DNA of 64,000 nucleotides from Myxococcota bacterium (GCA_036012755.1 DASCPX010000112.1:26436-90435), one strand, 5' to 3'; shown: positions 55,635-64,000, counted from the first letter of the stretch. The notes: generated by a model from the sequence alone, not told the origin. Numbers and translations: made by a program.

Positions 55635-56560
55635 GGGGCCCACAGGGCGCGCAGGGCGCGCCTGACCTCCACCCGCACCATCTTCTTCCTCCAGGTCGCA
55701 GGCCAGGTGTGCGTAGACAGCGGCTGGACGTAGCGGTAGGCGGCCTCTGCGAGCTCGTCGACCCTGCGCTCGGAGAAGGCCTGCCAGGGCGCGGGGACCT
55801 CGATCGGCCGCGGCCCGACCGCGCTGATGACGATGGTCGTGTCGCTGACAGCGGTGAGCAGCAGGGCGTAGTCGATGGCCTGCCGGGCGCGGAGCTTGCG
55901 GAAGGCCGCTGGTGTCCCCAGCGGGACGAAGATGCGCGTGAGCAGCTCGTCGCTCTCCTTGTTGATCCAGCTGCGCCCGTCTTCGCCGTAGAGCTCCGAG
56001 ACCAGCACCCGGCGAGCTCCCCGCGTCGAGGCCAGCTCGACCTCCGCGCCGAGCACGTGGAGGACGGGGGCGGTGTCGGCCGAGTGCGCCGCGTAGCAGC
56101 CGGTGCCGCCGCGGGCGACGTGGCAGATGCCGTCCTCGTCGCACTTCAGGCAGCCGTCCTCTGTCCCGCCAAGCGCGCCGCGCCAGAAGCGGGACTGGTT
56201 GTAGAAGCGGCAGCGCGTGTCGAGCATGAGGTTGCCGCCGATGGTCCCCATGCGCTGGATGGTGGAGGTCCCCACCGAGCGACATGCGGCCCTCAAGGCC
56301 GGCGGCGTGCTGTCGTGCTCGACCAGCGCGCGCAGGCGGACCCCGGCGCCGATCACCAAGGTGTCGCCTCGGTCTTCGATGGTCTGGAGCTCGGCGACCC
56401 GACCCAGCGACACGAGCCGCGCGGGCTCGAGAAGTCCCTGCTTCATGCTCGGGAGCAGATCGGTGCCGCCGGCGAGGACGCGAGCGTCCCCGGACAGCAG
56501 GGGCAGCACCTGCTCGACGGTGGTCGGGCGCTCCAGGTCGAAGGGCGGCAGCGGCAGCAT
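55631..56560 (-). CDS. Xanthine-dehydrogenase-family FAD subunit with Cys insertion (HcrB-like)
   Basis: AGGTDL, MGTIGGNL, CRFYNQS..WR...CLKC...CH...CYA..SAD [4Fe-4S]-type insertion, R.AIDY. Confidence 0.85.
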   Translation of the reverse strand: MLPLPPFDLERPTTVEQVLPLLSGDARVLAGGTDLLPSMKQGLLEPARLVSLGRVAELQTIEDRGDTLVIGAGVRLRALVEHDSTPPALRAACRSVGTSTIQRMGTIGGNLMLDTRCRFYNQSRFWRGALGGTEDGCLKCDEDGICHVARGGTGCYAAHSADTAPVLHVLGAEVELASTRGARRVLVSELYGEDGRSWINKESDELLTRIFVPLGTPAAFRKLRARQAIDYALLLTAVSDTTIVISAVGPRPIEVPAPWQAFSERRVDELAEAAYRYVQPLSTHTWPATWRKKMVRVEVRRALRALWAP

Positions 56561-58795
56561 CTACTTGGCCGCCGTCTTGCGGTCGCGGCGCTCGATCGCC
56601 TTGAGCACCCGGTCCGGGGTGAAGGGAGCCCGGTTGAGCCACACCCCGCAGGCGTCGAAGATGGCGTTGGCGATGGCCGGGACCGTCGCGAGCTGGGGAC
56701 CCTCTCCGGCTTCCTTGGCCCCTCGCGGGCCCTCCGCGTCGTGGCTCTCGATCAGGATGCTCAGGATCTCCGGGGTCTCGTGGACCGTCGGGATCTTGTA
56801 CTCGAGCATGCTCGGGTTTCGGTGCAGGGCCGGCCCGGTGAAGACGTGCTCCTCGAGCAGCGCCTCGCCCACGCCCATGTAGACGCTGCCCTCGATCTGG
56901 CCCTCCACGATGGTCGGCTGGATCGCGAAGCCGCAGTCGTGGGCGCACCAGATGCGCTCGACGGTGACGAAGCCCGTCTCGGGGTCGACGACCACCTCCG
57001 CCACCTGGGCGGTGAAGGAGTACGCGGGGCTCGGACCGACCGACTGGCGCCGGAAGCGGCTCCCGATCTTCGGTGGTGTGTAGTGGCCGACGAAGCCAAG
57101 GGTGCCCCGAGCGGCCTCGACCCGCTGGACCGCCTCGCGGAAGGGCAGGGTCTTGCCGTCGACGTCGACCACCCCGTCGTGGAAGCTCGCCTCTTCGCCA
57201 AGGACCTCGACCATGGCTGCCTTGAGCTGGCGCGCCGCGGACAGGGCGGCGTTGCCTGCGAAGAAGGTCACTCGCGAGCTGTAGCTGCCGAGATCGACGG
57301 GCGTGAAGTGAGTGTCGGCCTCCAGGACCGGACAGTCCCGCGGATCGATGCCGAGCTCGTCCGCGACCAGCTGGGCGAGCATGTGGTTGCTGCCCTGGCC
57401 GATGTCCGCCGTGCCGCTGAAGATGCGGACCAGCCCGCTCCGATCGGCGCAGATCTGGACGGCGCTCTGGGGCATCTCGCTCGGGTAGATGCTGTGGAGC
57501 GCCCCGCACATGTACGCGCTGGCGGCGATGCCGAGGCCGCGGTTGTCTCCGAGCCTGCCGCGCCTCTCGCGGTACCCGCTGGCCTCCAGGACCGCCGAGA
57601 TGCACTCGTCGAGGGCCACGGAGGTGATGCGCAGCCCGTTGCTCGTCTCCGTGTCCGGCTCCACCGAGTTCTTCCTGCGCAGGTCTGCCGGGTCCATGCC
57701 GATGGCCCGCGCGAGCTTGTCCATGTGCATCTCGAGCGCGAAGCGTGGCTGGATGGCGCCGTGGCCACGCTTTGGCCCGCAGGGCGGGTGGTTCGTGTAG
57801 CAGCGGTGGGCTGTGAACTGCCAGTCGTCGAGGCGGTAGGGAAGGGGCAGGAAGACGCCGAAGTAGTAGGCGGTGACGACCCCGTAGCTGGCATAGGCGC
57901 CGCCCTCGGCCCAGGCCTCGAAGCTCGCGGCGGTGAGCTTCCCCCCTGCGGTCACCCCCATCTTCAGCCGCATCTTCGTCCGGTGGCGCCCGCGGTGGTT
58001 GTAGAAGACCTCTTCGCGGTCCAGCAGGATCTTCACCGGTCGGCCCGTGACCAGGGCCAGCTTGGCGGCGCAGAGCTCGTTGGCGAAGGGGTCCGACTTG
58101 CCACCGTAGCCGCCGCCCACGTCGGGCTTTCGGACCCGGACGTCCTCTGGACGGAGCTCCAGGACCCGGGTCAGCGTGCGGTGGAGGTAGTGGGGGATCT
58201 GGGTCGAGGACCACAGCTCGACTCGGCCCTGGGGCGCCCGGGCGACCGCGACGTGGGTCTCGAGCGGGACGTGGGTCGAGCCGGGGTAGTCGTAGTCCTC
58301 TTCGATGATGATGTCGGCGCGCTCGAAGCCCTCGTCCGGCTTGCCGTAGCGCTGGTGGACTCGGCGGAGGACGTTGCTGGCCTTGCGCCTGCCCTCGTGG
58401 AGCACGGGCATCTCTGCGTCCATGGCGTCCTCGATGGAGAGGACCGGCTCGAGCACCTCGTAGACGACGCCTATGGCTCGGGCCGCCCGGATCGCCGTAG
58501 CTCGATCCACCGCGGCGACGCAGGCGACCTCTTCGCCGACGAAGCGGACCTTGTCCACGGCCAGGGCGTGTTCGTCCATGGCCACCGGGAGGACCCCGTA
58601 GGCGATGGGCAGATCCGCCCCGGTGAGCACGGCGTGTACACCCTCGATCTGCAAGGCCCTGGCTGTGTTGATCGAGAGGATGCGGGCGTGGGCATGCGGG
58701 CTTCGGAGGAAGGCCCCGTGCAGCATCCCCGGAAAGGCGAGGTCGTCCGTGAAGACCGCGGCGCCGGTGATCTTGGGGAGGCCGTCGACCTTCAC
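56561..58795 (-). CDS. Xanthine-dehydrogenase-family molybdopterin subunit (HcrA-like)
   Basis: GTGA overlap; RSPHAHARI, VGGGYGGK, RGHG, DIGQGS, SSR, EGQIEG, KEAGEG. Confidence 0.9.
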   Translation of the reverse strand: MKVDGLPKITGAAVFTDDLAFPGMLHGAFLRSPHAHARILSINTARALQIEGVHAVLTGADLPIAYGVLPVAMDEHALAVDKVRFVGEEVACVAAVDRATAIRAARAIGVVYEVLEPVLSIEDAMDAEMPVLHEGRRKASNVLRRVHQRYGKPDEGFERADIIIEEDYDYPGSTHVPLETHVAVARAPQGRVELWSSTQIPHYLHRTLTRVLELRPEDVRVRKPDVGGGYGGKSDPFANELCAAKLALVTGRPVKILLDREEVFYNHRGRHRTKMRLKMGVTAGGKLTAASFEAWAEGGAYASYGVVTAYYFGVFLPLPYRLDDWQFTAHRCYTNHPPCGPKRGHGAIQPRFALEMHMDKLARAIGMDPADLRRKNSVEPDTETSNGLRITSVALDECISAVLEASGYRERRGRLGDNRGLGIAASAYMCGALHSIYPSEMPQSAVQICADRSGLVRIFSGTADIGQGSNHMLAQLVADELGIDPRDCPVLEADTHFTPVDLGSYSSRVTFFAGNAALSAARQLKAAMVEVLGEEASFHDGVVDVDGKTLPFREAVQRVEAARGTLGFVGHYTPPKIGSRFRRQSVGPSPAYSFTAQVAEVVVDPETGFVTVERIWCAHDCGFAIQPTIVEGQIEGSVYMGVGEALLEEHVFTGPALHRNPSMLEYKIPTVHETPEILSILIESHDAEGPRGAKEAGEGPQLATVPAIANAIFDACGVWLNRAPFTPDRVLKAIERRDRKTAAK

Positions 58796-59256
58796 GAGTC
58801 TCTCGCCTGCCGGGCCGCGGCGAGGATCTTCGTGTAGCCGGTGCAGCGGCAGATGTTGGCGCCCAGGGCCTCGACCAGCTCTTCGTCCGAGGGCCCCTCG
58901 TCCCGCGCCAACAGCGCCACGAGGTTCATGACGAAGCCGGGTGTGCAGTAGCCACACTGGGCGGCCACGTGCTCGTGCAGGGCGGCTTGCACGGGGTGCA
59001 GCCCGTCGGCGGAGATGCCCTCGATGGTGGTGATGTCCCGGCCCTCGACCTCTGCCGCGAGGGTGACGCAGGCCAGGGTAGGGGAGCCGTCGACGAGGAC
59101 GGTGCAGGCGCCACAGTCGCCGATGTCGCAGCCGTGCTTGCTGCCGGTGAGGCCCAGGTCCTCGCGCAGGAGGTCGAGCAGGGAGCGGTTCGCGGGACAG
59201 AGCACGGCTCGGCGGTCGCCGTTGACCTTCAGCTCCAGGATCAGCTCGGAGGGCAT
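58792..59256 (-). CDS. [2Fe-2S] subunit (HcrC/CoxS-like)
   Basis: GCDIGDCGACTV, QCGYCTPG, CRCTGY. Confidence 0.95.
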   Translation of the reverse strand: MPSELILELKVNGDRRAVLCPANRSLLDLLREDLGLTGSKHGCDIGDCGACTVLVDGSPTLACVTLAAEVEGRDITTIEGISADGLHPVQAALHEHVAAQCGYCTPGFVMNLVALLARDEGPSDEELVEALGANICRCTGYTKILAAARQARDS

Positions 59257-59284
59257 GACCGGCCTTAACGTCTGTCGGGCCCTT

Positions 59285-59908
59285 TCAGAGCTCGACCGTC
59301 GCCTCCGCCCGAAGGCCCTCGACGTCCACGATGACCCGGAGCGGCATGCCGCGGGCGGTGTCGGGGTCGAAGGGGATGCGATGCAGCAGCGTGAACAGCG
59401 CCGGAACGCCGGGATGTTGGGGGAGCTCGCTGTCGGTCCAGTCGGCGATGAACACCGTCTCGAGGTGCTGGTTGGGCTGGACCAGCCCCCAGCGGAGCTC
59501 GGCCTCGCCGTCGATCTGGGTGGGCGAGGCCTTGTTGTCGGTCGCCATCATGTAGACGTCCGCCAGCCAGCGGTTCCCCTCCTGGGTCGGGATGATGACG
59601 ACCTCGATTGCCGCGACCCGGGCCGGCTCCAGGATCGTGAGCTCGACGGTGGTGTCGCTGTCGCCAGTGTCGCTGGTGTCTGCCCCTGCGACGATGCGGA
59701 CCACTGGCTCTTTCAGCCCGGTGTCCATCATGAACACCGTGAACAGGACCAGGATGAGGATCACGAGCACCGCGCCGATCCCTGCCACCTGGCGTGGGCG
59801 TGGGCGCCGGAGCTTGTGGCGCCCGTAGCGCTCGAAGACGACGCCGCATGCGTTGCACTCGAAGGCCGCGTCGCCGTTGTCGACGCCGCACTTGGGACAG
59901 GGCTTCAC
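59285..59908 (-). CDS. Zn-ribbon membrane protein
   Basis: CPKC...CNAC, one TM, extracytoplasmic domain. Confidence 0.7.
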   Translation of the reverse strand: MKPCPKCGVDNGDAAFECNACGVVFERYGRHKLRRPRPRQVAGIGAVLVILILVLFTVFMMDTGLKEPVVRIVAGADTSDTGDSDTTVELTILEPARVAAIEVVIIPTQEGNRWLADVYMMATDNKASPTQIDGEAELRWGLVQPNQHLETVFIADWTDSELPQHPGVPALFTLLHRIPFDPDTARGMPLRVIVDVEGLRAEATVEL

Positions 59909-59914
59909 GGGCCC

Positions 59915-59920
59915 AGTCTA
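59915..59920 (-). promoter_or_regulatory. -10 element of a leaderless promoter
   Basis: TAGACT 6 nt before GTG 59908. Confidence 0.6.
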
Positions 59921-60040
59921 TCCGGCGCTCTCCACGGCGCGCTTCTCGGAGGGGTCGCTGGCCGGGTTTGCGAGCCCAAGGGTCAGCATCCACGCGGTCA
60001 TCGGATACCTTGCCCCCTTCGTCTCATCCTCGAGGTCCTC

Positions 60041-62554
60041 ATGTTGCTTCTCCTGGCCTGCGCCAAGCCGGAACCTGCCACCCCGGTGGACCTGACCCGA
60101 CGGCTCGGTCCCGGCGAGGCGCGCGCCGGCTTCGTCACCGATGAGGCGGCGCTCTTCGGAGGGATCTCCGCAGAGGGCCGCTCGGGCGACGTCAAGATCT
60201 ACAACGATCGGGTCCAGTTCGTCATCCAGGGCCTCCGTCCGGGCAACTACTACATGGAACACCCGGGCATGGTCGTCGACGCCGACATCGTGCGCCCGGA
60301 GGGACAGCTCGGGCGGGACATGGTCGATGACTGGGGCACCATGGCGGGTGTCGCCCGCATGCAGGAGGGTACGGCCGTCTCCCTCATCGACGACGGGCGG
60401 ATCTCCGGCAGCGCGATCGTGCGGATCGACGGCGAGGAGATGGGGCTGAAGCTGGCCGAGGGGGCGATGGAGGCTCCGGGCTTCATCCCCGAGCTCGGGC
60501 TGGCCATGCGGACCGACTACGTGCTGCAGCCGGAGTCCTGGTTCCTCGAGGTCTACACGACGATCACCGCGACCGAGGGCGAGGCCACCTTCGCCGCCGG
60601 GGACCTGCTGATGGGCTCACTGGACGCGGCCCAGCTGTTCTTGCCTGGGCATGGCCTCGGCGAGGTGGACCAGGGCGAGTACGCCTACCAGGCCTTCCTC
60701 GGCCGCCGGGGCGAGGGCGCCTTCGGGCTCTTCGCCAGTCCAGGCGGCTACGTGAAGCTGGACGCCACCGCGCAGATCATCTCCTCGCTGGCCGACATGG
60801 CGGTCGGCGTCGACGACCTCGTCACGCTGGAGGAGGGCGAGTCCCACACCTACACGCGGCTCTACGGTGTCGGTCCGGATCTCGCGACCCTGGCCTCGTC
60901 CTGGCTGGAGCTCTCGGGCGAGGCCACCCAGACCGTCGAGGGAGTGGTCGAGGCACCGGACGGACCGGTCGGCGGGGCCTGGGTGGGTGTGCTCGTCGAC
61001 GACGAGCCCTGGACCATCGGGGTCACGGATGCAGACGGCGCCTATGGCTTCGAGGTCCCGGAGGGCGACGTCGAGCTGGTGATCTCCGGCCGCGGTCGGG
61101 GGCTCAGCGCCGACCACGCCACGGGCTGGGCGAGCTACTCCGCCTACGCCGCCGAGGGTGTGCGCGAAGCCCACCTCGCGGCCCTGCAGCAGGGGGCCGT
61201 GGAGGTCCCAGAGGCCGTGGGTCGTGGGATCGCTGTGGACGGCATGCTCGGGGAGCCGGCGGTGCTCTCGGTCAGCGTCACCGATGGGCTCCCCTTCGAG
61301 GTGCAGGTCTTCGACAGCGAAGGCGAGGACACCGTCGACACCCGGGTGGTGCCAGACCGCTTCAAGGGCTCGGCAGCCTGGGGCTTCGCCAGGGGCGGGG
61401 ACATCCAGCTGGCCATCGAGCCCGGGACCTACGACGTGCTGGTCCACCGGGGCGTGCGCTACGAGGTCCACGAGGAGCAGGTGACCCTGGAGGCAGGCGA
61501 CACCATCGGTGTGTCAGCCGTGCTCGACGAGGCCTACTCCCTGCCCGACTGGACCGCGACCGATCCCCACGCCCACGCCTCTCCGAGCCAGGACGGCGGC
61601 TGCCCGATGGAGGACCGCATCGCCGTTGCCGCGGCCCGCGGGGTGCAGGTCCACTTCGGCACGGACCACGACCACGTCTCGGACTACCGCCCCCTGGTCG
61701 AGGCCATGGGGCTCTCCGACGTGATGCAGTCCGTCGTCTCCGACGAGATGAGCCCGGTGGTGCGCGGGCACGTGAACGTCTACCCGATCGAGCCCGACTA
61801 CGAGCTCTCCAACGGCGGGGCCTGGGCCTGGTACGAGGAGCTCGTCCAGACCACGGAGGAGCAGTTCGAGATCCTCCGGGCTCGGCACCCCGAGTCGCTG
61901 TTCCAGCTCAACCACCCGGTGGACAGCGGCGTGGCAGAGGCCGCGAACTGGAGCCCCGGGCGCATCGGCAATCCCGACAAGTGGGTCGAGGACTTCGACG
62001 CGATGGAGGTGCTCAACAGCGGCTCCTACGACAGCTACCTGCCGCTGTACATCGACCTGACGAATCGTGGCTACCGCCCGACCCCGACCGGGACCTCCGA
62101 CACCCACGGCCACGTCAGCGGCAGCCCCGGCTTCAGCATGACCTTCGCGAACGTCGCGCTCTCGGACTGGGACAACGACGCCCTGGTCGATGCCTGGTAC
62201 CGCCGCGCGGTGGTCGTCTCGCGGGGGCCCTTCATCTCCACCTCGCTGGACCCGGGAGCCGAGGTCGTCGGGCCCCAGACCCTCGACGTCGAGGCCCTCT
62301 CACCCAGCTGGATCGTGGTCGATCGGCTGATCCTGCTGGAGAACGGCGAGGCCATCGAGACCGTCGAGGACACCGTCGCCAGCTTCACGCTCGATCCTGA
62401 CGAGGACGCGGTCTACATCGTGCTCGCCGAGGGCGACACCTCGATGGCGCCGGTGGAGGGCGACACCCCCTGGGCGATGACCTCGGCCATCTTCCTGGAC
62501 GTCGACGGCGACGGCTTCGAGCCGCCCCTGCCTGGCTTCGAGTACGGTCCCTGA
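60041..62554 (+). CDS. PHP-like (CehA/McbA-family) metallohydrolase lipoprotein
   Basis: GAGGT upstream; MLLLLAC; DPHAHA..S.D, TDHD, GHVN, NHP, SDTH metal-binding motifs. Confidence 0.8.
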   Translation: MLLLLACAKPEPATPVDLTRRLGPGEARAGFVTDEAALFGGISAEGRSGDVKIYNDRVQFVIQGLRPGNYYMEHPGMVVDADIVRPEGQLGRDMVDDWGTMAGVARMQEGTAVSLIDDGRISGSAIVRIDGEEMGLKLAEGAMEAPGFIPELGLAMRTDYVLQPESWFLEVYTTITATEGEATFAAGDLLMGSLDAAQLFLPGHGLGEVDQGEYAYQAFLGRRGEGAFGLFASPGGYVKLDATAQIISSLADMAVGVDDLVTLEEGESHTYTRLYGVGPDLATLASSWLELSGEATQTVEGVVEAPDGPVGGAWVGVLVDDEPWTIGVTDADGAYGFEVPEGDVELVISGRGRGLSADHATGWASYSAYAAEGVREAHLAALQQGAVEVPEAVGRGIAVDGMLGEPAVLSVSVTDGLPFEVQVFDSEGEDTVDTRVVPDRFKGSAAWGFARGGDIQLAIEPGTYDVLVHRGVRYEVHEEQVTLEAGDTIGVSAVLDEAYSLPDWTATDPHAHASPSQDGGCPMEDRIAVAAARGVQVHFGTDHDHVSDYRPLVEAMGLSDVMQSVVSDEMSPVVRGHVNVYPIEPDYELSNGGAWAWYEELVQTTEEQFEILRARHPESLFQLNHPVDSGVAEAANWSPGRIGNPDKWVEDFDAMEVLNSGSYDSYLPLYIDLTNRGYRPTPTGTSDTHGHVSGSPGFSMTFANVALSDWDNDALVDAWYRRAVVVSRGPFISTSLDPGAEVVGPQTLDVEALSPSWIVVDRLILLENGEAIETVEDTVASFTLDPDEDAVYIVLAEGDTSMAPVEGDTPWAMTSAIFLDVDGDGFEPPLPGFEYGP

Positions 62555-63202
62555 GTGCTCTGGCTCCTCGCATGTCCACCCCCGGCGACGCCTGGCGACA
62601 CCGGCGCTGTCGTCGGCGAGACCGGCGGCGAGGACAGCGTCGTGGACACCTCCTGGCCCGATGACTCGGACTCGGCGGAGGAGACCGGCGAGCCCGTCAT
62701 CGACCTCGACGAGGACGGCTTCCCTCGCGAAGAGGACTGCGACGACGGTGACGCCTCGATCAACCCGGACGCCGAAGAGGTCTTCGACGGCTTCGACAAC
62801 GACTGCGACGGGGTGATCGACGCCAGCGGCAGCTATTCGGGGAGCTTCGGGATCGCCGCTCGGGGTTGGTTCGAGGGGGATCCCCACGACCTCGCCTACG
62901 ACTGCCCGATGGAGATGGAGCGCGAGCTGATCTCGGCGGACTGGGTCGTGACCTGCACGATCCCCTCGGGCGACGAGTGGGGGAGGCTGCTCCTGGGCGA
63001 GACCCTCACCCTCATCCCAGAGGACCCCTACCTCTGGGAGCTCGACAGGTGGGACGGGGACGTCATCGTCACCTCGTCGGACGGATGGGACACCTACGGG
63101 ACTGGCAGCCTGAGCTGGAACACCATGGAGAAGGCGACGCTGGTGGTCGGGCTCGACACGACCTGGCTCGACTTCACGGGCAGCGGCAAGCTGAAGCGCT
63201 GA
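62555..63202 (+). CDS. Lipoprotein with one MopE-like repeat
   Basis: GTG directly after the upstream TGA; MLWLLAC; DCDD..INPDAEE..DG.DNDCDG. Confidence 0.8.
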   Translation: MLWLLACPPPATPGDTGAVVGETGGEDSVVDTSWPDDSDSAEETGEPVIDLDEDGFPREEDCDDGDASINPDAEEVFDGFDNDCDGVIDASGSYSGSFGIAARGWFEGDPHDLAYDCPMEMERELISADWVVTCTIPSGDEWGRLLLGETLTLIPEDPYLWELDRWDGDVIVTSSDGWDTYGTGSLSWNTMEKATLVVGLDTTWLDFTGSGKLKR

Positions 63203-63271
63203 GAGCGATCGGCCGCTCAGGGGCCGCCCGCCTGTAATCGGCTGTAATGGTCTCTTGCCCTCGCCCTGGCG

Positions 63272-63277
63272 TAGCGT
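63272..63277 (+). promoter_or_regulatory. -10 element of a leaderless promoter
   Basis: TAGCGT 6 nt before ATG 63284; no Shine-Dalgarno. Confidence 0.55.
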
Positions 63278-63283
63278 CACTTC

Positions 63284-63649
63284 ATGGCTCTTCTTCCGCG
63301 TCTCCTTGTGGTCGACGATGATGAGCTGGTGGGGAACTCCTTGCGGCGCCTCTACCGTCATCGTTTCGAAGTCACCGTCGTCCAGAGCGTCGAGCACGCC
63401 CTGGGCATCCTCCCGGAGGCGGACGTCGTCCTCTGCGATCTCAAGATGCCGAGCCGCGGCGGGATGGAGTTCTACGCCAGCGTCCGGCGTGACCGCCCGG
63501 AGATGCTGGGGCGCATCGTGTTCATGACAGGCGATCTCTGCTGCATGGACACAGAGGAGTTCCTCGCAGGCGTGCCGAACCCACACTTCGAGAAGCCCTT
63601 CGATCCCGATCGCGTCGGAGACACCCTCTTCGAGGTCGCCGCGGCCTGA
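63284..63649 (+). CDS. Single-domain response regulator (receiver)
   Basis: LVVDDD, CDLKMP..GG, FMTG, EKPF. Confidence 0.92.
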   Translation: MALLPRLLVVDDDELVGNSLRRLYRHRFEVTVVQSVEHALGILPEADVVLCDLKMPSRGGMEFYASVRRDRPEMLGRIVFMTGDLCCMDTEEFLAGVPNPHFEKPFDPDRVGDTLFEVAAA

Positions 63650-63689
63650 GCGCTCAGTCTGGAAGGGCGGTGTCCGCTCGTCCAACTCC

Positions 63690-63782
63690 AGCGGTCGCGG
63701 AAGCGGCAGGGGTAGCGGGAGCGGGGGCGGCAGCCGGAGCGGGATCGGCAGCGGTCGCGGTCGCGGTACGAGAGCGAGAGCG
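63690..63782. repeat. Degenerate hexamer-like (AGCGGN/GGTCGC) strand-biased repeat tract
   Basis: Runs of agcggt, agcggc, agcggg, ggtcgc, agagcg in an intergenic region. Confidence 0.6.
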
Positions 63783-63914
63783 CTGATTCCGCTCAGGGCT
63801 TTGGCCGCCCAGCGCCGGGTCTCTTCAAAAGGCCTCCGGGGCTTCGTCGGCGGCCCCGCCTGGGGCGAGGGGCCGCCTCCTCAACCCCTGCGGCTCCCCG
63901 ATGGAGAGACCCTC

Positions 63915-64000
63915 ATGCGCAGCACGACCAACTACTTCCCCTTCGAGCGGACCGACGTCTACACACTCTCGGTGAGCGTGAACCGCCGGGTGGCCAAGCT
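63915..64000 (+). CDS. Four-helix-bundle (23S rRNA-IVS-protein-like) gene, truncated by the window end
   Basis: GGAGA upstream; MRSTTNYFPFERTDVYTLSV resembles the FE.LDVY..S N-terminal signature; only 28 codons visible. Confidence 0.55.
   Translation, partial: MRSTTNYFPFERTDVYTLSVSVNRRVAK

Noticed and set aside
55173..58837. 1013-aa (-) and 1042-aa (+) ORFs
   Set aside because: High-GC shadow frames of the Mo-enzyme genes. Only the last 153 aa of the minus-strand ORF (DUF1643) are real.
59015..60040. N-terminal extension of the 1179-aa ORF
   Set aside because: Antisense to two real minus-strand genes. A Shine-Dalgarno and lipobox mark the start at 60041.
63284..63649. Calling the receiver protein cheY
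   Set aside because: Generic single-domain receiver with no chemotaxis genes nearby.
1..64000. rRNA or tRNA genes
   Set aside because: No recognisable conserved rRNA segments or tRNA cloverleaf/T-loop signatures seen by eye in the intergenic gaps; a covariance-model scan was not possible.

Overview
This is a 64 kb window from a high-GC Gram-negative bacterium. Cys/Asp-rich MopE-like repeat lipoproteins, a CotH kinase, a membrane Ser/Thr kinase and very acidic exported proteins suggest a Myxococcota-like/deltaproteobacterial, probably saline-habitat lineage; this taxonomy is inference only. The main blocks are: (1) a minus-strand flagellar cluster (fliJ-motE-fliK-flgD-TIGR02530 // flgE-motAB-fliLMNOPQR-flhB) split by about 8.9 kb of lipoprotein genes, including four tandem sulfatase-fold genes; (2) many lipoprotein and secreted-protein genes; (3) a Lol/MacB-like ABC transporter with a LolA-like protein and outer-membrane beta-barrels; (4) a DprE1/DprE2-like pair, a DEAD-box helicase, a Ser/Thr kinase, DUF1643 and a 4-hydroxybenzoyl-CoA-reductase-like Mo-enzyme triad; (5) a MITE-like element, hexamer-repeat tracts and the start of a four-helix-bundle gene. 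The most striking pattern is window-wide: 18 lipoproteins and several exported proteins have ultra-short signal peptides with no charged n-region (e.g. MLWLLAC). Other notable items are a FliM lacking the CheY-binding peptide, a Na+-type stator, a DEAD helicase with no canonical start codon, a kinase with tandem pilin-like extracellular domains and frequent leaderless promoters. I saw no rRNA, tRNA or CRISPR array. All homology calls come from motif recognition by eye; no database searches were run.
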